Below are positions 46,433 through 53,450 of a stretch of 64,000 bases of DNA, in pieces. Both the position numbers and the translations under genes were made by a program. Source of the stretch: Myxococcota bacterium. GTDB lineage: Bacteria > Myxococcota_A > UBA9160 > UBA4427. Under the pieces are notes generated by a model. It made no database searches. It saw only the letters and a list, made by a program, of their open reading frames with translations, and had not been told where the DNA came from. The number at the start of each line of letters is the position of its first letter. Positions within the stretch are counted from its first letter, which is position 1. The stretch lies in the NCBI GenBank assembly GCA_045106235.1, contig JBGCEJ010000021.1, forward strand, positions 20,893 to 84,892. Reading direction: 5' to 3'.

Positions 46433-47566
46433 GTGAATCGCATCTTCATCACCGGGACCGGGCTCTATACGCCCTCCGACTCCGTGACGAACGCCGAGCT
46501 GGTCGAGTCGCTGACGGCGGCGAACACCGTCTGGAATGCTGAACACAAAGCCGAAATTGATCGCGGCGACGTCGAAGAGCGGGATATGCCCTCCGAGAAA
46601 TTCATCACCCGCGCTTCGGGTGTTGGACATCGCTATGTCCTCGACAAGAAGGGGCTGCTCGATCCCCAGCGGCTGCGCCCCCGGCTCCCGCTCCGAGGCG
46701 AAGATGAACTGTCGATTCAGGCAGAGATCTGCATCTCCGCCGCGCAGGAAGCGCTCGCCCAAGCAGGTCGGAAGGCTTCGGACATCGATGCGATTGTCTT
46801 AGGCGCTTCCAATCTTCAGCGTGCGTATCCCGCCGTCGCGATCGAAGTGCAAGAGGCACTCGGCGCGAGCGGCTTTGCCTACGATATGAACGTGGCGTGT
46901 TCCTCTGCGACCTTTGCGCTTCAGAACGCAGTGGATGCGCTGAAGGCGGGGAATGCGCGCTGTGCGCTGGTTCTGAATCCGGAGATCACATCGGGACATA
47001 ACAACTTCGAATTGCGCGAGTTTCATTTCATTTTCGGAGATGCGTGTACGGCGCTGATTCTGGAGACGGAAGACGCGGCGACCGAAGGGGCTGGGGACGG
47101 CGAACGCTGGGAAGTGTTGGGGACGCAGCTGGCGACAAAGTTCTCGAATAATATTCGAAACGATGCGGGCTTTTTGAACCGTGCCGAAGACGGCGAGCGT
47201 CATCCACATGAGCTGCTTTTTCGGCAGAACGGTCGCCAGGTCTTTCACGATGTCTGCCCGATGGTGGCGGATCATCTCCGGACGCATCTCGAACAAACTG
47301 ACGTGCCGATTGAGAGTGTGAAGCGGTTTTGGCTGCATCAGGCCAATCTGGGCATGAATAAAACCATCGCCAAAGAACTGCTGGGGCGGGACCCGGAACC
47401 CGAAGAGGCCCCGGTCATTTTGGACGAGTATGCGAATACGAGTTCGGCGGGCTCGGTGATCGCTTTCCATAAGCATCGAGGCGGGATCGCAAGCGGGGAA
47501 CATGCTGTGCTTTGTTCCTTTGGTGCGGGCTACTCCGTGGGCAGCGTGATTCTGCGCCGCGACTGA
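46433..47566 (+). CDS. beta-ketoacyl-ACP synthase III family condensing enzyme, long (~375 aa) form
   Basis: 377 aa with a GTG start. Catalytic Cys 'MNVACSSATFAL', His 'WLHQANLGMN' and Asn 'ANTSSAGSV'. It carries an N-terminal insertion relative to the canonical FabH encoded at 55474..56406. Confidence 0.8.
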   Translation: MNRIFITGTGLYTPSDSVTNAELVESLTAANTVWNAEHKAEIDRGDVEERDMPSEKFITRASGVGHRYVLDKKGLLDPQRLRPRLPLRGEDELSIQAEICISAAQEALAQAGRKASDIDAIVLGASNLQRAYPAVAIEVQEALGASGFAYDMNVACSSATFALQNAVDALKAGNARCALVLNPEITSGHNNFELREFHFIFGDACTALILETEDAATEGAGDGERWEVLGTQLATKFSNNIRNDAGFLNRAEDGERHPHELLFRQNGRQVFHDVCPMVADHLRTHLEQTDVPIESVKRFWLHQANLGMNKTIAKELLGRDPEPEEAPVILDEYANTSSAGSVIAFHKHRGGIASGEHAVLCSFGAGYSVGSVILRRD

Positions 47567-47728
47567 GCCGGGGCGCGTCTCTCGCTTTGGGGCTCTGCGG
47601 CTCTCGTCTCTGGGCTTTCGTTGTCGGTCTCTCGTTTGCGCTCAGCGCAACTGCGCATGAGCTGCGCAACCTTGTCACTCGCGCCTGTTTCTCATGACAT
47701 GCCCATGATTCGGTATGCTCTGGCCTTC

Positions 47729-48703
47729 ATGGAACGTCTCAGGTCCCTCTCTATCCACAGTCTGGCGATCGCAGCCTTTTCGATTCTCGCGGTTGCGAGC
47801 ATGAGCGGCTGCTCGGTTTTCTCGCAGGCGGAGGGGGCCGCGTCGGGCGAGCGGGCCGATTTGGGCAAGATGGGCGCGCGGCCAGCGGCGAGACTTCATT
47901 TCGCTCCGCGGGTCGGTCCCGAGGTCGAACTCTCTCTGGCGATGCTCGCGGAGCGCTGCGCGCCCGAGCGCATCGAAGTGGACGATCCCTATCATGAGAA
48001 GCGCATGCGTTATGCGGCGATTCCTCTGCGCTGCGTTCTCGATTTCGGATTCGCAAGCCAGGGTGGGGCGGAAGGCTTGCGCGAGGAGAGTCTTCTCTTA
48101 CGCGCGCTGGATGGCTACACCCGTCCGGTCTCCGGCCAGCAGCTTCTCGAGGAAGGGGCCTACCTTGCGTACGGAGAGCCCCTTCGGCTAGCGGCGATCC
48201 AGTCGGGCGCGGGAGAAACGTCGGCGTCCCCGCCCTCCGCATTCTCGCCGATCGATCGGCGGCAGGTTGATCCGGCACCTTTCTACATGGTCTGGGTCGG
48301 TGTTCAGCAAAACGATCCGCATGCTCACCCGTGGCCTTACCAGCTCTCCCGAATCGAAATTGCGCCTTTTGCCGCGGCCTTTCCAAGGACGGAGCCCAAA
48401 GGCCTCGCCGAGGAAGATGCGGGTTGGGCGGGCTACGCATTGTTTCAGAACGCCTGTGCTGCATGCCACTCCATCAACGGCGAAGGGGGCAAGATTGGGC
48501 CTGATCTGAATGTGCCCAGGAGCATCGTCGAGTACCGCCCCGTTCCGCAGATTCGCGCCTATATCCGCAATCCGCAGGCGACGCGCTATACGAGCATGCC
48601 CGCCCACCCGGAGCTTGCGGAATCGGATTTGGATGCGCTGATCGCGTATTTCCGGGCGATGAGCGTTCGCAAGGACGATCCCCGAAAGCGGAGTGGGTCA
48701 TGA
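47729..48703 (+). CDS. secreted (possibly lipid-anchored) mono-haem c-type cytochrome with a large N-terminal domain of unknown function
   Basis: ORF 47621..48703. Start at ATG 47729 (MERLRSLSIHSLAIAAFSILAVASMSGCS), with earlier ATGs possible. Single haem site 'CAACHSINGEGGKIGPDL' and a distal 'YTSMPA'. Confidence 0.75.
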   Translation: MERLRSLSIHSLAIAAFSILAVASMSGCSVFSQAEGAASGERADLGKMGARPAARLHFAPRVGPEVELSLAMLAERCAPERIEVDDPYHEKRMRYAAIPLRCVLDFGFASQGGAEGLREESLLLRALDGYTRPVSGQQLLEEGAYLAYGEPLRLAAIQSGAGETSASPPSAFSPIDRRQVDPAPFYMVWVGVQQNDPHAHPWPYQLSRIEIAPFAAAFPRTEPKGLAEEDAGWAGYALFQNACAACHSINGEGGKIGPDLNVPRSIVEYRPVPQIRAYIRNPQATRYTSMPAHPELAESDLDALIAYFRAMSVRKDDPRKRSGS

Positions 48704-49845
48704 GCCGCGGCGGCGGTCGCTCGCGTCGCCCTGAAAAGAGCGCGGGACTTCAGCAGGCGACGCTCCATTTGGGCCAGCGGACCTTGCAGACCGGATGGGG
48801 TGATTTCGAGGTTCATTTCTTTCGCGACCTCGCGGAGGACCGAACTGCGATGGCCATCGTTCGCGGCGACGTTGAGGGCGAGCTTCAAGGCGATGCACCG
48901 CTTTTGGTCCGGGTGCATTCGTCGTGTCTGACGAGCGAATGCTTATTGGGATGCGATTGCGACTGCGTGGAGCAGCTCGCCGGGGCGATGGCTCGAATCG
49001 CGGAAGCGGGGCGCGGCATCGTTTTCTATTTGATGCAGGAAGGCCGAGGGGCCGGACTTTCTGCAAAAGCGCGCGATCGCATGATCGTGCAGGCGAGCGA
49101 AAACCGGGTGACGACCTTCGAGGCGTACGCCGCCATGGGGTTGGCTTCGGACCTGCGGCGCTACGATGCGGTCGCTTCGATGGCGAAGCTGCTTGGGGTG
49201 CGCGGGCCGATTCAGCTGCTCACGAATAATCCCGAGAAGGCTCGGGCTGTAGAAGCCGCGCTCGTGGCTGAAAAAGTGGAAGTCTGCGGTACAGAACCGA
49301 TCTACGGGGCAGCATCGTCATTCAATCGCGATTACCTCCGGGCCAAGCAGGCGACGGGGCATATGCTGACCGGGCTGGAAGCCGATCGAGGCGTGCTTGC
49401 ACCCGAGCGCGTTCGCGTTTTCGAGCCCGTCGCGCTTCGGGGGGATCCCGGTCGCGTTGTGACCGCCTCGTATTTTTTGCCCGTGGTCTTTCCGGCTCCC
49501 GCTCCGGCTCTGACTCCGGCCCCGAACCCGCCCGATCCCGCAGAAGCGATTTGGTTTCGGATGAGTGTGATCTTCGAGCGGGCGACAGCGCGCGAATTGA
49601 TCTGGCTCTCTCGCGACGGCCTCGAAGATCCGGCCGCGCTCGTATTGCCCTCGGAGCCGGCTTCGGTTCTCCGGCTCGGTCTCTTTGACCGGATGCCAAG
49701 GAGCCCGCGACCACAGCGCGAGACGCTGGTGCGCGCGCTCATGCGGATTCGTGATGGGGAAGAGAGCGGCGTGCTCTTGCACTGCGATGAGAGGTGGGCG
49801 GCCGAGGGAAGCGACGGCCGCGCGGATGACGATGCCAGCGAATAA
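48700..49845 (+). CDS. GTP cyclohydrolase II (RibA)-like protein, Tyr105-less variant with a ~157-aa C-terminal extension
   Basis: 381 aa, with an ATGA overlap with the cytochrome c stop. 'WGDFEVHFF', the zinc site 'VRVHSSCLTSECLLGCDCDC', 'YLMQEGRGAGL' and 'LLTNNPEK' align without gaps to E. coli RibA. The position of RibA Tyr105 is Arg127-Met128 here. Confidence 0.8.
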   Translation: MSRGGGRSRRPEKSAGLQQATLHLGQRTLQTGWGDFEVHFFRDLAEDRTAMAIVRGDVEGELQGDAPLLVRVHSSCLTSECLLGCDCDCVEQLAGAMARIAEAGRGIVFYLMQEGRGAGLSAKARDRMIVQASENRVTTFEAYAAMGLASDLRRYDAVASMAKLLGVRGPIQLLTNNPEKARAVEAALVAEKVEVCGTEPIYGAASSFNRDYLRAKQATGHMLTGLEADRGVLAPERVRVFEPVALRGDPGRVVTASYFLPVVFPAPAPALTPAPNPPDPAEAIWFRMSVIFERATARELIWLSRDGLEDPAALVLPSEPASVLRLGLFDRMPRSPRPQRETLVRALMRIRDGEESGVLLHCDERWAAEGSDGRADDDASE

Positions 49846-51838
49846 CGATACGGCGGCCAGCGGTCGCGCGCTGATTGCATCTCGGGCGGCAGAAGCGGCT
49901 GCGGCGGTCGCCGCGGTGCCCGCGATTTTTCCGGAGTTGCTGGATCGGCCTGCGGCTTTGCCGCGTTCGCTGGTTGCGACGGGGATCGGGACTTCCGAAG
50001 GGCATGCGCGGCATTTGGCGGAAGTGGCTTCACGACTCACGGACCAACCTGCACGATTCGCATCGACGGGTTCCCTTCGTGCAGGTGCGCCCCAGGGTTC
50101 GGAAGAAGACTGGTTGGTCGTCTTCTCTCAAGGGCTCAGCGCGAACGCGCGGTATGCCCTCCAGGACGTGGAGTCCTGGGGTGGTGTGATCTTGGTGACG
50201 GGGCTTTCTTTGACCGCGACGGTGGAAGAGGGGCTTTCTGCGGAGAAACGGGCTTGGCTTGAGGATCTCGAAGCGCGCGGGGTCGTGTTTGTCGAGATGG
50301 GGTGCGGTTGTGAATACGGTGCCTTGATTCGTGTGATAGGTGCGCGCGTTGGCTACGCCATCGGCTGGAGTCTTCTGCGAACCCTCGCGGCCCGGCAGCT
50401 AAAAGAGGATGCGCTGGGTGCGCTTCTCGAAGATGAGGATTCGGGGATTCGGCTCGATGCACTTCAAGAAGAGGCGTCCGCGGGAGCGAGCCATGCGGTC
50501 TTCCAAAACGGAACGGGCTTGCCGGCGTCGAACGGGGATTTCGCGACCGATCTCGCCGCGTTCTTTGCACCCGATCGCAGCCTTGTCCTTGTGAGCGAAG
50601 GGGGAGAGACGAGCTTCGGGGAGCATCTTTCGCTGAAAATCTCTGAAGGGATGCTGCGTCCTCAGCCGCGTTGCGTGGATGTGCTCGAGTTCGCTCATGG
50701 TCCGGTGCAGAGTCTGGCGGGTCGGCCTGCTTCGTTCATTTATTTGCTTCCGGCCCCCGCGAAAGGCGTGTCGGAGCTCGAGTCCGAAGCGTGGCTGGCT
50801 CGGTTCCGCGCGACCCTTGACCCCAAATGGCATTCCGTCTGTGTGTTGCGCGCGAAGGCGCCGGCGCCTTTTTCCATTTTGGAGTTCGAGGCGATCTTTG
50901 ACGCCTGGATCGTCATGGTCTTGGAATGCACCGGGGGCGATATCGTGGCGTGGCCTGGCCAAGAGCGCGAAGTCTCGCTCTACGCCCAGGGACCATCGCT
51001 TGCGTCGGTTGCCGCAGAGTCGCCGCCGCAACCGCGCGCAGATCGGGCGGGCGAAGCGCCGTCCCGATGGGTGCTCGAAGAGGCGGTTTCGCCGGAGGTC
51101 GAGGCCTGGGTCGCGGCCGGTCGGCGGACAGCGCTGATTGCACTTGGGTCGGTGGAGCAGCATGGTCCGCATCTGCCGCTCGGGACGGATCGTTGGATTG
51201 CAGATGCGCTTGCGGAGGGTTTGGCTTCGCGACTTCCGGACGCGGTGGCGCTGCCGGCGATCCCGCTCGGTTGTGCGAGCGAGCATTTGGATTTTGCGGG
51301 GACGCTCCACGTTGAGCCCGAGACATTGGAAGCTGTGCTGATGGATCAGCTTCGAAGTCTGCGCGCCCATGGCTTCGAGCGCGCTTTTCTTTTTACGGCG
51401 CATGGCGGGAACCTCGACGCGCTTGAGGCGATGCGGACGCGTTTGGTTGCGGCGGCCGCGCCGCTCACGCTTCGGATTGAGACCGATTTACGCGTGGGCC
51501 TCATGCAATCTGAAGTGGTGGAGGCGGAGTCGCTGCCCGGTCGATCCGCGGGGCCGCATGCGGGCGAGTACGAGACCAGCTTGGTGGCTTGGCTTCGGCC
51601 CGGAAGTATTCGGCGCGACGGGCTGGTTCCTGGCCGACTCGTGGAGCCCGGAGAGGGGCAGGGGCTTTTCTATCCGAGCCTCCGACCAAACGCCGAGAGT
51701 GGTGTGCTCGGGGATCCATCGGCTGCGCGCGCTTCTCGGGGAGAGCGGTATCTGAGCGCCTGGCTCGACCTGCTTGAGGAGGCCTACCGCGCCGCCTTTT
51801 CGGTCGAGGCGCTCGCTGCGGAAAAGAATCGCCAGTAG
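49826..51838 (+). CDS. fusion protein: double SIS (phosphosugar-binding/isomerase) domain + creatininase-family metal hydrolase
   Basis: ORF 49685..51838. Start at ATG 49826 or 49832, inside the 3' end of the previous gene. SIS motifs: 'GIGTSEGHARHLA', 'WLVVFSQGLSANA', 'LVLVSEGGET' and 'EFAHGP'. Creatininase motifs: 'LGSVEQHGPHLPLGTD', 'FTAHGGN' and 'GPHAGEYETS'. Confidence 0.8.
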   Translation: MTMPANNDTAASGRALIASRAAEAAAAVAAVPAIFPELLDRPAALPRSLVATGIGTSEGHARHLAEVASRLTDQPARFASTGSLRAGAPQGSEEDWLVVFSQGLSANARYALQDVESWGGVILVTGLSLTATVEEGLSAEKRAWLEDLEARGVVFVEMGCGCEYGALIRVIGARVGYAIGWSLLRTLAARQLKEDALGALLEDEDSGIRLDALQEEASAGASHAVFQNGTGLPASNGDFATDLAAFFAPDRSLVLVSEGGETSFGEHLSLKISEGMLRPQPRCVDVLEFAHGPVQSLAGRPASFIYLLPAPAKGVSELESEAWLARFRATLDPKWHSVCVLRAKAPAPFSILEFEAIFDAWIVMVLECTGGDIVAWPGQEREVSLYAQGPSLASVAAESPPQPRADRAGEAPSRWVLEEAVSPEVEAWVAAGRRTALIALGSVEQHGPHLPLGTDRWIADALAEGLASRLPDAVALPAIPLGCASEHLDFAGTLHVEPETLEAVLMDQLRSLRAHGFERAFLFTAHGGNLDALEAMRTRLVAAAAPLTLRIETDLRVGLMQSEVVEAESLPGRSAGPHAGEYETSLVAWLRPGSIRRDGLVPGRLVEPGEGQGLFYPSLRPNAESGVLGDPSAARASRGERYLSAWLDLLEEAYRAAFSVEALAAEKNRQ

Positions 51839-52536
51839 GCGAAGGGGATCCAGAAGGCGTAGTAGAGCTGGTTGGGGACGATGCGAATGGCCCAGCCGAG
51901 GTCGAGGTCCGCGACGACGATGAAGACGTCGGCGATGAACCAGAGCGCGTAGTAGGCGGCGCTATAGCCGAAGATTGCGCGCAGGTACCGCGTCGTCTCC
52001 GCGGCCCACGCGCCCTTTGCGTTTTCGGGGAGCCAGACCCGAGAGAGGTAGACGCAGAGGCAGAGAAAGCCGAACTCGTAGATCATCCACATTACTTGGC
52101 CGTGGATGTCCGGGACGAGGAAGCGGAGACCGCCGTAGAGCACGCCCGTGGCGATGGGGACGATGAGCGTCATGGCGCCCGCCCAGCGGAGGAGCTCGCC
52201 CGTGCTCCGCTCGGGTTTCGCGACACCGATCGCGAGGAGCAGCACGCGGAGATCCCCGAGGAGCACGAAGAGAAAGGGGATCAGCGTCGCGAAGATCGTT
52301 CCGTCGATTGCGGCGGAGCGCTTGAGGGGGCCCGTGGCAACGGGGTCAAGCATGGTCTCGAAAGCGAAAACGAGCGTCAGCATCGCGACGAACCGCGCGG
52401 CGGGCGGGACTTCTGCGGTCTTCAGATCGGGCGGAGAGGCGAGCCGCCAAGCGAGGAAGGCGAGGGGGACGACGAGGAGGGCGTAGAGGCTCTGGAGGTC
52501 GCTGTAGTAGGCGGCGTTCCAGGTGAAATCGCTCAT
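51784..52536 (-). CDS. polytopic membrane protein of unknown function (~7 TM)
   Basis: ORF 51784..52635. Start at ATG 52536, forming an ATGA overlap with the upstream desaturase stop. It is hydrophobic throughout and I recognise no family. Its 3' end overlaps the convergent gene by 55 nt. Confidence 0.65.
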   Translation of the reverse strand: MSDFTWNAAYYSDLQSLYALLVVPLAFLAWRLASPPDLKTAEVPPAARFVAMLTLVFAFETMLDPVATGPLKRSAAIDGTIFATLIPFLFVLLGDLRVLLLAIGVAKPERSTGELLRWAGAMTLIVPIATGVLYGGLRFLVPDIHGQVMWMIYEFGFLCLCVYLSRVWLPENAKGAWAAETTRYLRAIFGYSAAYYALWFIADVFIVVADLDLGWAIRIVPNQLYYAFWIPFAYWRFFSAASASTEKAAR

Positions 52537-53297
52537 GAGCGTTTGGCTTTCTGTGCCGCAGCGAGGAGATGCTCGATGCGCGGGAAGAGTCGGGCGCGAT
52601 CGAGGAGGGGATTGAGCCAGCCCGAAGTCACGCAATAGGCGCGGTCATGGCCGCGGCGATGATGGACGGCGTGGCCGCGGGGCGTCAGGATCAAGCCCCA
52701 AGCGTGGAGGCGTTTCGCAAGCGGCGGCGGGCTCGGGGTATGGGCCCAGCGATGGAATTGGTTCGTCGCGACGAGCGCAAGGCTAAGGCTGAAGAGATGG
52801 GCGATCAGGAAGAACGCCGCGAAGGTTGTCGGCTCGGGAATCAAGAAGATCAGCCCCACGAGCGGAATTGTGATGAGGGCGTTATTCCCCGAGACCTCGA
52901 AAAAATCGTGCCGCGTGATGCCCAGCGCATCCACGTGATGCTCCCGAAAAGGCGCGATCAGCATGGGCCCGAGGAGCGGCGTCTCCGGATCGAAGAAACG
53001 GTCCGCGATCCAGTGGACCATGCCCGCGATCAAGTCGGCGAGGAGGTAGCCCGTGATGCCGCCAAGTCCCATGGCGAGGGCGACGCCGAGGCGAAGGTGC
53101 GGGCCGAAGGTCTCGACGAGCAGTCGTCCCGCTCCGGCGCCCGCGCCCGATTCGGCGAGTTCGGGCCCGAGAAAGAATGCGGAGAGGAAGAACGGAGCGA
53201 AGCGTGTGGCAGCGATGATCCAGACAAGCGAAAAGAGGCCGACCGAGATTCGGTCGACCCACGCTTTTTGCCGGGTGCTCATCGCGAGTGTGCTCAC
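52533..53297 (-). CDS. CarF / TMEM189 (PEDS1)-type membrane fatty-acid desaturase (Kua/Lipid_desat domain)
   Basis: 254 aa. The His clusters 'VHWIADRF', 'FREHHVD', 'FHRWAHT' and 'GHAVHHRRGHDRAYC' match the plasmanylethanolamine-desaturase family pattern (human 'HKWSHT'-type motifs, as recalled). Confidence 0.8.
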   Translation of the reverse strand: MSTLAMSTRQKAWVDRISVGLFSLVWIIAATRFAPFFLSAFFLGPELAESGAGAGAGRLLVETFGPHLRLGVALAMGLGGITGYLLADLIAGMVHWIADRFFDPETPLLGPMLIAPFREHHVDALGITRHDFFEVSGNNALITIPLVGLIFLIPEPTTFAAFFLIAHLFSLSLALVATNQFHRWAHTPSPPPLAKRLHAWGLILTPRGHAVHHRRGHDRAYCVTSGWLNPLLDRARLFPRIEHLLAAAQKAKRS

Positions 53298-53334
53298 AAT
53301 CGGGACTCCTAGAAGACCTCAGAAGTGTAACTCG

Positions 53335-53369
53335 AAAAAAAGCCGGGGGGCTTTATCCGCCCCCCGGCT
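53335..53369 (-). terminator. rho-independent terminator of the His/Arg-rich protein gene
   Basis: On the - strand: GCCGGGGGGC-GGATAAA-GCCCCCCGGC followed by TTTTTTT. It lies about 80 nt downstream of the stop at 53451. Confidence 0.85.
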
Positions 53370-53450
53370 CATTCTCGCTGGACGCGCGTTCCGCGTCCTT
53401 GCACGCTCAGACCGGGCCTCGGCTGGTCGGCCGAAAAGCCTGGCCGCTCG

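Noticed and set aside
49318-51403. Several 230-334-aa antisense or alternative-frame ORFs over the GCH II and SIS-creatininase genes.
   Set aside because: Their translations are low-complexity and R/P/S-rich, and the sense frames have clear catalytic motifs.
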